64,000 nt of DNA from a bacterium (GTDB taxonomy: Bacteria; Patescibacteriota; Minisyncoccia; Moranbacterales; DUUL01). The DNA lies in contig JABGXP010000014.1 in NCBI GenBank assembly GCA_018675685.1, positions 17,288-81,287 of the forward strand. The letters run 5' to 3'. The notes beneath the pieces are model-generated. The model worked only from the letters and a program-made list of their open reading frames with translations. It searched no databases and had not been told where the DNA came from. Each line of letters starts with the position of its first letter. Position 1 is the stretch's first letter. Below are positions 28,827-37,635 of this stretch, one piece after another. The translations under genes were made by a program, and so were the position numbers.

Positions 28827-29888
28827 ATGAAGACGTTAAAAGGACTTGACTTGAAAGATAAGAGAGTTGTGTTAAGAGCTGAATTTAATGTGCCTACGAG
28901 CCAAGGTAAAATTGATGATGACACCAGGATTAAGAAGGCTGTCTTAACAATTAATCATATATTATCTCAAGAAACAAAAGCTTTGCTGGTTATCGCTCAT
29001 ATAGGGAGACCAGGGGGAAAAAGAGATGAAGAATTTTCAAATAAAATAGTTCAAGGCAGATTGCAGGAACTAACCAAAAGAGAAGTTGAAATAATCGAAG
29101 ATGTTGGTGAAATTGATGCTGTGCTAAAGAGTGCTGATAGTAATAAAATTTATTTGTTGGAAAATATCCGTTTTTGGGAAGAGGAGGAAGGTGGTGATGA
29201 AGCTTTCGGAAAAAAAATCGGAGAACCCTTCGATGTGTATGTAAACGATTGTTTTTCAACAAGCCATAGAGCACACGCTTCTTTTGTTTGTGTTCCTAAA
29301 TATACACGGGAAAAATGTATGGGGCTGCTTTTCGAAGAAGAGTATTCAAATTTAAGCAAGGTTAAAAATGATCCAGAACACCCGGCCGTGATGGTTATTG
29401 GTGGTGCAAAAATTGCTACAAAATTGCCTGTTATTGAGAATATGATTCGAATCTATGATAAAGTTTTAGTTGGTGGAAGAATCGCCAATGAAGCGCTCGA
29501 TGAAAAACTTGATCTTGGTGAAAAAGTTCTATTGCCAACAGACTTCAATCCGAAAGGAAAGGAAGATGAGCGGTTGGATATTGGTGATGAAACAATTAAG
29601 GAATATATCAAAGAAGTTGAGAATGCCAAGACGATTGTTTGGAATGGTCCACTTGGAAAATTTGAGGATGAGGAAGCATCAGAAGGAACAAAATTGGTTT
29701 GTCGAGCGATCGCCCAAAATGAAGAGGCACTGCAAGTGATTGGTGGTGGAGAGACGTTAGAAGCTGTCAGTGAATTTAGTGATTTTTCACACTTTGATTA
29801 TGTCTCAATGAGCGGAGGGGCAATGCTCGAATATCTTTCGGGAAAAACCTTGCCTGGAATTGAAGCTCTGGAGGATCGCGAAGAGTAA
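28827..29888 (+). CDS. pgk: Phosphoglycerate kinase
   Basis: The ATG at 28827 (MKTLKGLDLKDKRVVLRAEFNVP) matches the PGK N-terminus. Hinge and C-domain motifs (GGAKIATKL; NGPLGKFE; GGGETL). Confidence 0.9.
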   Translation: MKTLKGLDLKDKRVVLRAEFNVPTSQGKIDDDTRIKKAVLTINHILSQETKALLVIAHIGRPGGKRDEEFSNKIVQGRLQELTKREVEIIEDVGEIDAVLKSADSNKIYLLENIRFWEEEEGGDEAFGKKIGEPFDVYVNDCFSTSHRAHASFVCVPKYTREKCMGLLFEEEYSNLSKVKNDPEHPAVMVIGGAKIATKLPVIENMIRIYDKVLVGGRIANEALDEKLDLGEKVLLPTDFNPKGKEDERLDIGDETIKEYIKEVENAKTIVWNGPLGKFEDEEASEGTKLVCRAIAQNEEALQVIGGGETLEAVSEFSDFSHFDYVSMSGGAMLEYLSGKTLPGIEALEDREE

Positions 29889-29899
29889 ATCCCCTATGA

Positions 29900-29927
29900 T
29901 TGACACTATTTTGCGGTCTGATAGAAT
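29900..29927 (+). promoter_or_regulatory. Sigma70-type promoter for speH
   Basis: TTGACA, a 16-nt spacer, then TAGAAT, about 45 nt upstream of the speH ATG. Confidence 0.5.
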
Positions 29928-29972
29928 TTAACCAACTTCTTTTTTTGAATGAAAATATTCTGAAATAATTAA

Positions 29973-30350
29973 ATGCAAAATCAAAACGCAACACATGTTA
30001 TTTTTGATGTGAGTTTTGAGCACTTTCCGATTGAACTAGAAAGTGCTGATTTTTGGAAGAAATTGGGCAAAAAAGCCCTAGAGAAAGGTAATTTCTCTGT
30101 AATGGGCGGTGCAATGCATAAATTCGACCCAGCCGGAATGTCTGGCTTTTGGCTCTTATGTGAATCACATCTTTCTTTTCATACTTGGCCAGAAGAAAGA
30201 CGAGTTTTTATCGATCTTTTTTCTTGTGGTGATGAGAACCGAACAAAAAAAACCATTGATGAGTTAATAAGGGGATTTGAGAGAATAAATGGAGTAGTTG
30301 AGAGGAGGAATGATTTGAAAAGAGGATATGTTTATGAAAGTGAAGAGTAG
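29973..30350 (+). CDS. speH: S-adenosylmethionine decarboxylase proenzyme (class 1B, SpeH-type)
   Basis: LLCESHLSFHTWPEE contains the ES-H-S self-processing site of pyruvoyl AdoMetDC; 125 aa, typical of SpeH. Confidence 0.85.
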   Translation: MQNQNATHVIFDVSFEHFPIELESADFWKKLGKKALEKGNFSVMGGAMHKFDPAGMSGFWLLCESHLSFHTWPEERRVFIDLFSCGDENRTKKTIDELIRGFERINGVVERRNDLKRGYVYESEE

Positions 30351-30407
30351 TTTTAACTAAAACTGTTTATTGCGAGAACTTTTTAACTGCTAGACACTTG
30401 AAAAAAC

Positions 30408-30436
30408 AAAAAAAAGGTTGTATTATGTAGAAGTTT
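30408..30436 (+). promoter_or_regulatory. Sigma70-type promoter for tRNA-Gln
   Basis: TTGAAA, a 17-nt spacer, then TATTAT, ending about 27 nt before the tRNA 5' end. Confidence 0.5.
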
Positions 30437-30463
30437 TCTTAAACAGTGTCAATATTTGAAAAT

Positions 30464-30534
30464 TGGGGAATCGCCAAGTGGTAAGGCACTGGTTTCTGGT
30501 ACCAGTATCGGGGGTTCGAATCCCTCTTCCCCAA
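30464..30534 (+). tRNA. tRNA-Gln (anticodon CUG)
   Basis: TGGGGAATCGCCAAGTGGTAAGGCACTGGTTTCTGGTACCAGTATCGGGGGTTCGAATCCCTCTTCCCCAA folds as a cloverleaf: 7-bp acceptor, anticodon stem CTGGT/ACCAG with loop TTCTGGT, T-loop TTCGAAT. It is near-identical in architecture to E. coli tRNA-Gln(CUG). CCA is not encoded. Confidence 0.85.
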
Positions 30535-30752
30535 CAAATAATAATAAAACACCCTTTAATGAGGGTGTTTTATTATTATCCTTGTTTGGAAATGAATTCG
30601 AACGGACAGCAGCAAGCGGAGCGAGCGCCGATGGATGCGATAGCATTCAGCGCTGTCCTGGACAACGAAGGCGAAACGAAGTGGAGACGAGGCGAGAGAA
30701 TCGTATGAAACTGAGAGATTGCTAATAGAAAGATGATATCTTCCCCAACAAA
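30525..30752. repeat. Exact 14-bp direct repeat TCTTCCCCAACAAA at 30525-30538 (tRNA-Gln 3' end) and 30739-30752, bracketing ~200 bp that includes a GC-rich segment
   Basis: Exact match seen in the sequence. The first copy spans the tRNA acceptor 3' strand plus discriminator, as in tRNA-associated att sites. Confidence 0.6.
30544..30572 (+). terminator. Hairpin terminator after tRNA-Gln
   Basis: AACACCCT-ttaatg-AGGGTGTT followed by TTATTATT. Confidence 0.55.
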
Positions 30753-30760
30753 AAAATAAA

Positions 30761-30796
30761 TAGAACGTACTATAGAACGTTCTATAGTACGTTCTA
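30761..30796. promoter_or_regulatory. 36-bp perfect palindrome of TAGAAC/GTTCTA half-sites
   Basis: TAGAACGTACTATAGAACGTTCTATAGTACGTTCTA equals its own reverse complement. A further GTTCTA lies at about 30800. It sits between the att-like repeat and the rbp promoter. Confidence 0.5.
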
Positions 30797-30905
30797 TTTT
30801 GTTCTATCTCGAGAAGAATTTAAGTGGATATCAATGACAAGTGATGTAAGAGTTTCCAGTCTAGCTAATAAAAAGCATTATTACCGAGACAATTTTTGAA
30901 AGCCC

Positions 30906-30934
30906 TTGACTTTTCTCTCTAATAAGTGTATAAA
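30906..30934 (+). promoter_or_regulatory. Strong sigma70-type promoter for the RRM RNA-binding protein gene
   Basis: TTGACT, a 17-nt spacer, then TATAAA(T); about 110 nt upstream of the ATG. Confidence 0.55.
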
Positions 30935-31045
30935 TAATCATCAGTAAGATTACTCTTTCTCTTTCCTTGCATACAAGAACATGTAAGCCCAAAAGAATAG
31001 ATGTTCGGTCGGCTTGCTTATTTAAATCAACACAAGGAAAATATC

Positions 31046-31327
31046 ATGGCAAAAAAACTATACGTAGGTGGAATTTCATATGACACTACTACAGATGCTC
31101 TTAAAGAGTTGTTTGCACAGGCTGGAACAGTTGACGATGTGGTAATTATCACAGACAGAATGACTGGTCAGTCAAAAGGATTTGGTTTCATTGAAATGGG
31201 ATCAGATGAAGACGCTACAGCTGCTATTGAAATGTTCGACGGAAAAGAAATTGACGGTCGATCAGTAACAGTAAACGAGGCTCGTCCTCGAGAAGAACGT
31301 CCTCGAAATGGTGGCGGACGATACTAA
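31046..31327 (+). CDS. RRM-domain RNA-binding protein (glycine/arginine-rich tail)
   Basis: ATG at 31046 with AAGGA upstream. RNP2 LYVGGI and RNP1 KGFGFIEM motifs; C-terminal RPREERPRNGGGRY. GC-richer codon usage, consistent with high expression. Confidence 0.85.
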   Translation: MAKKLYVGGISYDTTTDALKELFAQAGTVDDVVIITDRMTGQSKGFGFIEMGSDEDATAAIEMFDGKEIDGRSVTVNEARPREERPRNGGGRY

Positions 31328-31352
31328 TTTTTAGTATTTTCGAAACTTAAAA

Positions 31353-31378
31353 AAAATCCCCTTCGGGGGATTTTTTTG
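31353..31378 (+). terminator. Rho-independent terminator of the rbp gene
   Basis: AAAATCCCC-ttcg-GGGGATTTTTTTG. Confidence 0.75.
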
Positions 31379-31390
31379 TTGGGTGAAAAA

Positions 31391-31425
31391 TAAAAGATCA
31401 CTGGCTGTGACCAGTGATCTTTTAT
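31391..31425. terminator. Second hairpin, probably the terminator for the minus-strand ATP-grasp gene
   Basis: AAAAGATCACTGG-ctgt-GACCAGTGATCTTTTATT, a 13-bp stem flanked by A/T runs on both sides. Confidence 0.6.
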
Positions 31426-31443
31426 TGACTTAGAGGTAAGTTT

Positions 31444-32319
31444 TTACTTAACCAAGCATTTTATTTGAGAAGATAGAAATTCGTATGCGCCATCAACTTC
31501 AGTTGTTTTTGAGCTAAGACCTGGGAATCGATTGATTTCCATAAGGTAGGGTTTCTTTGTTTTTTTGTCTATAATTATATCTGAACGTGACCACTCTAAT
31601 CCAATCGCTTTGCTGGTTTTTAGGGCCATTTGTTTAATTTTAGTCGGAATGTTCACAGGATCAATAAATACTTCTTCTGCGCCATTGCAAGTGTTATTTC
31701 TGAACTCACCTTCAGAAGGGTAGCTTTTTTCTCCCGACACTACTTTTCCATTCACAACCATGATGCCCCAATCATAATCATTCGGGACATATCTTTGCAG
31801 TAGATATTTTTTATATTTAGGTAATTTCTTCATTTCTTCAAGTAACTCCTCCTTTGTATTAACGAGTACGGAATGCGCCCCTCTTGAGCCTTTTGTGTCC
31901 TTTATAACTAAAGGATAACCACATACTTCTTCAATTTGAAAAAGGTTTTTTTGAAGATCCTTATTTCCCATAAACAGAGTATCAGGAACATCAATACTGT
32001 TTAGAGCAAAAATCATATGATCAGTTACTTTAGATGTACCTTTTTCTACGTAGGTACAAGGAGTACCAGAGTCTTTTAGATAAAGTTTAATAGCATAGGC
32101 AAGATCGCGAGAAGTCCACGAGGAAGAAAGCCAAACGAAAGAAAAATCCTTTAAGTCTACGCCTTTATGCAAAATTGCAAGATGTTCATTTTGGAAGATA
32201 AATTCCAGATCTTTGAATGCTCCTTCTGTTAGTTCAACAGCAAAGGGAAATTTTTTTGCTACTTGCTCTATATTTGCAACTGCTGGCAATACTAGTAATT
32301 TCAATTTTTTTTCTTTCAT
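31444..32319 (-). CDS. ATP-grasp family ligase (RimK / alpha-L-glutamate ligase-like)
   Basis: 291 aa with ATP-grasp elements (GYPLVIKDTKGSRGAHSV; EEMKK; LLQRYVP; the C-terminal LMEINRFPGLS Mg/ATP region). The substrate cannot be assigned. Confidence 0.65.
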   Translation of the reverse strand: MKEKKLKLLVLPAVANIEQVAKKFPFAVELTEGAFKDLEFIFQNEHLAILHKGVDLKDFSFVWLSSSWTSRDLAYAIKLYLKDSGTPCTYVEKGTSKVTDHMIFALNSIDVPDTLFMGNKDLQKNLFQIEEVCGYPLVIKDTKGSRGAHSVLVNTKEELLEEMKKLPKYKKYLLQRYVPNDYDWGIMVVNGKVVSGEKSYPSEGEFRNNTCNGAEEVFIDPVNIPTKIKQMALKTSKAIGLEWSRSDIIIDKKTKKPYLMEINRFPGLSSKTTEVDGAYEFLSSQIKCLVK

Positions 32320-32621
32320 AATAAATAGTGTTTTTTAATAAAAAAAGCCTTATTTGGCTTAACTATCCACAATTTTCATGATTGAAATGGACTAATACTC
32401 CTTCCACAAAATGCTTCAAATAAGATGTTGATTCTTAATTATATACTTTATTTTGAATTTTGTAAAGGCCTGTTCTTTTATCAAAGCTTTATTGCTAGGG
32501 AAGGAAGATTGTTTTTTTCCTATAATTTTTGGTATAGTTAGAGAATATAATTGTCTGTTGAATTGAACTTTGGTGTTTGAAAGACAAAAGATTTAGATTG
32601 TTTAAAAAATAAATCAAAAAA

Positions 32622-33485
32622 ATGAGCTGGTTTTCTTTTGTAATTTTTTCAATTTTTGCACTCGCGTTTGCAGAGTTATCTCAACAGAAACTTTTGAATT
32701 TGAAAAATGGTTTTAATGAAAGGGCGAGTGCCGTTTTAACTTTTGGCTTCCAATTTATTTTAAGCATCCCATTGGTTTTTATTTTTGGGCTTGATGATGA
32801 AATTTTTTCAATCTTTAGAACCTCTGTTTGGCAGCAAGTATTATTTGGGACATTCATTGCATCCTTTGGAATGGTTTTGTATTTAAAAAGCTTTAAAGTT
32901 AAAAATATAAGTTTTTCAGCTATTTTGATTTCATCTTCTGCGATTATTTCAACATTTTTAGGTATTTTATTTTTTTCGGAGTCGGTTACGGGGTTGAAGT
33001 TTTTTGGGATTTTCTTGATTCTAGCCGCTGTTGTTGTTGTGAACTTTAAAAATGCTGACATTGAAAAAAACCACATCTTTGGTTTATTTGCAGGCTTGAT
33101 TTTCGGAGTGGCTTTTACGATTGATAAAAGCGTCATGCAAGACATCCAACCCCTGGTGTATATTTTTTGGAGTTTTCCTCTGATTTCGATTTGGGGATTA
33201 TCATTTGGTTATAAAAAAGTTACATGCTCAATAAAAGGGAAAAAGTTTAGCGCTTACAAGCCGATAGCAATATCAGGAATAGGATATTTACTTTTCAACA
33301 TTGCCACTTTTAGCGCATACCATGCTGGCGGAGAAGTCGGGCGAGTAGATGCTATCAACACTACCTATATTTTCATTATAATTCTTTTTGAATATTTCTT
33401 TTTAAAGAGTAAGAGTGGAGTTAAAAGAAAACTCATCGCCACATTTTTGGCATTTTTGGGAATTTTGTCGTTAGGAATAATTTGA
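32622..33485 (+). CDS. EamA/DMT-family transporter (10 TM)
   Basis: 287 aa, two repeated 5-TM halves, no soluble domains. Confidence 0.5.
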   Translation: MSWFSFVIFSIFALAFAELSQQKLLNLKNGFNERASAVLTFGFQFILSIPLVFIFGLDDEIFSIFRTSVWQQVLFGTFIASFGMVLYLKSFKVKNISFSAILISSSAIISTFLGILFFSESVTGLKFFGIFLILAAVVVVNFKNADIEKNHIFGLFAGLIFGVAFTIDKSVMQDIQPLVYIFWSFPLISIWGLSFGYKKVTCSIKGKKFSAYKPIAISGIGYLLFNIATFSAYHAGGEVGRVDAINTTYIFIIILFEYFFLKSKSGVKRKLIATFLAFLGILSLGII

Positions 33486-33559
33486 GAATAAGCTCCATTT
33501 AAAGCTAATAGGGGGGGGTAAAAAAACTGCCAATTGGAGGCAGTTTTTTTAAATAAGCA

Positions 33560-34996
33560 CTAGAAATCATTCCAAAGCATTTGATTTGTGATTTCATGAT
33601 GGTAGATGATTTCTGATCTTTTCACCTTCGCCCCGAGTTCTTTTGGGCTTCTGTCTGCTGCCGCTTGTTTGAATTGGATGTATTTATTTTTTGTTTCTTC
33701 GCCAATGATTTTCGTGGTGAATTCACTGGAGCGAAATATTTTAATAGCATCATTAATGTTCCCTGGAAGATAACTAAGTCTTTCGCGCTTATTCTTTTCT
33801 TTTTGCAATTTCCTTCCTTCAGTTATTGTTTTTAAAACTGTAAAAGCGACGAGATAGGGATTTGCATCAGGGGCGACACTGCGTATTTCTATGCGAGCTG
33901 TTTCTTTATTGAAAGTAGGGATTCTAACCATTGACCCACGATCTTTTGAGGAAACCTTGATTTGATTTGGTGCTTCAAAGGCAGGATCCAACCTGCGATA
34001 GGAATTCACACTTGAGTTTAGGATTAAGCTTATTTCCTGAGCATGATTTAATATTTTTGAAATTCCATCCCAGGCAGTTTTAGAAAGGGAGTCCTTCCCT
34101 TTTTTATCAAAGAAAATATTTTTACCGTCCTTTTGTAGGGAGAAATTAAGATGCATCCCACTTCCATTGATACCAGAAATTGGTTTTGGAAGGAAGGTAG
34201 CAGTCATTTGCATATTAGCAGCAATTTGACGACAGACAAGCTTGTAGAGTTGAATTTTATCGCAAGCTGAAAGTGCATCAGAGTAGGAAAAATTTAATTC
34301 AAATTGAGACGGCGCAACTTCCGGGTGGTCTTTTTCATTTTGAAAAGCCATTGCTCTTTGAGCCTCAGCCGCTTTGTCGATAAACATTTTCAATTTATCC
34401 AGTGGTAAAGAGTGATAATACCCACCGCTGGAAATCAGTTTGAACCCTTTGAATACATTGTAATGTTCCTCTGCTTCCACTCCATCAACAACAAAGCCTT
34501 CTACTTCAGCTGAAACAAATCCAATAATATTCCTTTTCCTCGACAATTGATTGGAGTATAACCCTAACATTCCTCTGAAATCTGAAGGGTGAGGTTTTTT
34601 GTCGTTTGTTAAGATGAAAGCGAAAATAATAATTTTCCCTGATCCAAAGATATCAGCAGGGAGGTGCCGCAGTGTTGGCCAGTCGATTTGAAGTCGCAAA
34701 TCAGACTCTTTTAGAGAACTAAATCCTCGAATAGATGATCCGTCAAAAGTAAGATTATCAGCAGACTTCAGGAGGAAAGCTTTATCGTAATCTAGCATAT
34801 GGAAACGACCTTCAATATCAGAAAAACAAATTGTCACAGCCTTAATTCGTTTCTCTTTTTTGAGGTACATGCGGTATTCCGTCTCAAGTTCTGCAGGCGA
34901 TGTCGTCTTTGCTTTTTTAACTGCTAAGAGATTCATCTTCTCAAGCTGATCGTAGGGAATTTCAAGAAAATTCCGTAATTTGTTTTTAATTTCCAT
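33560..34996 (-). CDS. Glutamine synthetase-family enzyme (GlnA-like; possibly a gamma-glutamyl-amine ligase)
   Basis: GS beta-grasp FDGSSIRGF; catalytic motifs EVAPSQFE and KPISGINGSGMHLNFSL (GS ATP/ammonium signature); NSYRRL; SMVRIP. Confidence 0.8.
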   Translation of the reverse strand: MEIKNKLRNFLEIPYDQLEKMNLLAVKKAKTTSPAELETEYRMYLKKEKRIKAVTICFSDIEGRFHMLDYDKAFLLKSADNLTFDGSSIRGFSSLKESDLRLQIDWPTLRHLPADIFGSGKIIIFAFILTNDKKPHPSDFRGMLGLYSNQLSRKRNIIGFVSAEVEGFVVDGVEAEEHYNVFKGFKLISSGGYYHSLPLDKLKMFIDKAAEAQRAMAFQNEKDHPEVAPSQFELNFSYSDALSACDKIQLYKLVCRQIAANMQMTATFLPKPISGINGSGMHLNFSLQKDGKNIFFDKKGKDSLSKTAWDGISKILNHAQEISLILNSSVNSYRRLDPAFEAPNQIKVSSKDRGSMVRIPTFNKETARIEIRSVAPDANPYLVAFTVLKTITEGRKLQKEKNKRERLSYLPGNINDAIKIFRSSEFTTKIIGEETKNKYIQFKQAAADRSPKELGAKVKRSEIIYHHEITNQMLWNDF

Positions 34997-35109
34997 TTTT
35001 TATATTAAATTAGTTATTATTTAATATAAATTATATCATTTTTATTTTAAAAAGCAAAAAATCCAATCAACATGTAAGTTGAAAGGATTTTTTGAAAAAA
35101 CGGGAAGGA

Positions 35110-36903
35110 TTATTGTTTTTTTCTCTTTGCTTGAACTCTGTCGTTTTCGGTTAGATATTTTTTTCTCAGCCGAATGCTTTTTGGTGTGACTTCCAGGTAT
35201 TCATCTTCATTCATCACGCTCATACCTCTTTCTAGCGATATCTCAACTGGTGTTGTGAGCTTGAGTGCCTCATCTGAACCAGAAGCTCGCATATTCGTAA
35301 GTTGTTTCCCTTTAATTGGATTAACGGTCATATCAGCTCCAGCAACAACACTCCCGATTACCATACCTTCGTAGACTTCAGTTGCAGCAGGGATATATAG
35401 GCTACCACGATTTTGAAGAGAAAAAAGTGAAAAACCAAGAGCTTTTCCAGTTTCTTTTGAAATCATTGAACCAACTTGATTTTTTTGAATGTTTCCCACG
35501 TGTGGTCTAAAACCAACAACTCGAGTATATAGGATTCCTTCACCTTTTGTATCAACAACAAAATCGTTTCGATACCCAAGCAATCCACGAGTTGGAATTT
35601 CAAAGATAATCCGAGTCGAAGAATTTTTTGTTTCCATAAACATTAAAACCCCAGCTCGTTTTTGAAGCTTCTTAATAACACTACCACTCATATCTTCTGG
35701 TACTGAAATTGTTACTTCTTCAAAAGGCTCAAGTTTCTGGCCATTTTCTTCTTTTATAATAATATGTGGTTGTGAAATTTGAATCTCATATCCTTCTCGT
35801 CTCATATTTTCAAGTAGAATTGCGATGTGCATTTCACCCCTTCCATATACCTTAAAAGCATCTCCAGCAGAGAAGTCAACCTTAAGTCCAACATTAACTT
35901 CTAGTTCTTTCTCTAGTCTTTCACGAATCTGTTGCCCTGTTATAAAAGTTCCTTCTCGTCCAGCGAAAGGTGAGTTGTTGATCAAAAAATTAAGAGAGAT
36001 TGTTGGTTCATCTATTGAAATTGCCGGCAGAGTTTCAATATTTTCGTTTTCACAAAGTGTTTCACCAATACTAATATTGGGAAGTCCAGCTATCATAATG
36101 ATATCACCAGCACTTGCCTCTTTTACTTCTTTTTTCTCCAATCCATTGAAAGTGAAAAGTTTTGTAATTTTTCCCCTTCGAACAGTTCCATTAATATTTT
36201 TGATCATTATTTGAGAGGCAGTACGAATTGTCCCAGCATAAATTCTGCAAATTGCAAGTCTTCCGAGGAAGTTGTCATATCCTAAGTTGAAAGATTGAGC
36301 ACGCAACTCCTCTGCGGCAAGATTGTCGCCTGAGGCCGATGGAACTTCCGCAATAATTGTATCAAGAATTGGTGAGAGATCTTTCATTTCATCATTAAAA
36401 TCCTTTTTTGCAAGACCTTCTCGTGCAATTGAATATAGTATTTTGAAATCAAGTTGTTTGTCGTTTGCTCCAAGATCTAAAAAGAGTTCATAAATCATTT
36501 CCTCCACTTCCTCTACTCTGGCAGCTGGTTTATCAATCTTATTAATTATCACGATTGGTTTTAGTCCAAGTTCGAGTGATTTTTTTAAAACAAATTTCGT
36601 TTGTGGCATTGGGCCTTCTTGTGCATCAACGACAAGAAGCACGGAGTCAATTGAACGCAAAACTCGCTCAACTTCGCTTCCGAAGTCGGCATGTCCTGGA
36701 GTGTCCACGATATTAATCTTCGTATCTTTGTAGATAACAGAAGTATTTTTAGAGTATATTGTGATTCCACGTTCTTTCTCAAGTGCATCAGAATCCATAC
36801 TAACTTCCGAAGTGGACATCCCTGTCTGTTGCATTAATGCATCAGTTAGGGTTGTTTTCCCATGGTCCACATGGGCAATGATTGCAATATTTTTGATTTC
36901 CAT
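35110..36903 (-). CDS. typA: Translational GTPase TypA/BipA
   Basis: The ATG at 36903 gives [24 protein letters not shown]1-G4 motifs; domain order as in EF-G-like proteins plus the BipA C-terminal domain. The track's longer ORF adds an implausible N-terminal extension. Confidence 0.9.
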   Translation of the reverse strand: MEIKNIAIIAHVDHGKTTLTDALMQQTGMSTSEVSMDSDALEKERGITIYSKNTSVIYKDTKINIVDTPGHADFGSEVERVLRSIDSVLLVVDAQEGPMPQTKFVLKKSLELGLKPIVIINKIDKPAARVEEVEEMIYELFLDLGANDKQLDFKILYSIAREGLAKKDFNDEMKDLSPILDTIIAEVPSASGDNLAAEELRAQSFNLGYDNFLGRLAICRIYAGTIRTASQIMIKNINGTVRRGKITKLFTFNGLEKKEVKEASAGDIIMIAGLPNISIGETLCENENIETLPAISIDEPTISLNFLINNSPFAGREGTFITGQQIRERLEKELEVNVGLKVDFSAGDAFKVYGRGEMHIAILLENMRREGYEIQISQPHIIIKEENGQKLEPFEEVTISVPEDMSGSVIKKLQKRAGVLMFMETKNSSTRIIFEIPTRGLLGYRNDFVVDTKGEGILYTRVVGFRPHVGNIQKNQVGSMISKETGKALGFSLFSLQNRGSLYIPAATEVYEGMVIGSVVAGADMTVNPIKGKQLTNMRASGSDEALKLTTPVEISLERGMSVMNEDEYLEVTPKSIRLRKKYLTENDRVQAKRKKQ

Positions 36904-37102
36904 AAAAAAGTAAAACCGTTCCTTTGAGAAACGGACAAAATTAAAACATAAAATTAAATCTGTAACTATATAAGTAATACTATATTTTAGAGCAAATGTC
37001 AATGTGTTTTGACAGTTAGTATTTTCTTATTGGGAAAAAATAAAAGATCCCCACCGCTATTTTAGAGGCGAGGATCTTCAACCTTAGATTGAATCCCTGT
37101 GA

Positions 37103-37396
37103 TTAGGCGACTGCATCGGGCAATAAATCCTCTTTACATTCAAAGAGCTCCCCGGTTTCCGTATTTTCTACCCACAAAGCAGGAGTTCCTTTCTTTTTCC
37201 TTTTTGTGCATGGTGCGATTTTGCATTCACCACAACAAGTCGGCGCCACCCCGAAGACAATGACCTCGTAGCCTGAACTAAGGGATATGCAATTTCCAGG
37301 TAGGAGGTTGGTAAAAGGGATACATGCCTCAAGCGAAACATCGAATTCGCGAGTTCTTTTGTCGGTACAAAGTCTTTGAACTAAATTTCCTGACAT
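37103..37396 (-). CDS. Hypothetical 97-aa cysteine-rich protein in a GC-richer patch
   Basis: The start MSGNLVQRL at 37396 has AAAGGAG 8 nt upstream. Cys pattern C-x19-C-x11-C-x21-CC-x2-C-x4-C; family not recognised. Confidence 0.4.
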   Translation of the reverse strand: MSGNLVQRLCTDKRTREFDVSLEACIPFTNLLPGNCISLSSGYEVIVFGVAPTCCGECKIAPCTKRKKKGTPALWVENTETGELFECKEDLLPDAVA

Positions 37397-37635
37397 AAGT
37401 CGTTTCTCCTTTCTAAAAGTGGTTGTGGGAATGAACCGATACATCTCTTTTCATTGAGAGTTTTTTATTTAAACACAAAAATGAAAAGTAAGCAACTCTA
37501 TCGTATGTATTTTATTTTTTATATGCTATAATTTCATACAAATAAGAGTGAAAACAAAATCAGCAAAAAACGTATATATAGATTGTATACACAATTAAGA
37601 CAAAAGCATAAGCAATTAAAAATTAAAGAAAAAAA

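Noticed and set aside
30449-30725. Three overlapping ORFs (65-89 aa) across tRNA-Gln and the GC-rich segment
   Set aside because: They read straight through a bona fide tRNA gene and its terminator hairpin. The region is better explained as tRNA plus a non-coding att-like insert.
32681-33145. 154-aa minus-strand ORF inside the EamA transporter gene
   Set aside because: Antisense shadow of a hydrophobic membrane protein gene.
35825-36214. 129-aa plus-strand ORF inside typA
   Set aside because: Antisense to the highly conserved TypA GTPase domains.
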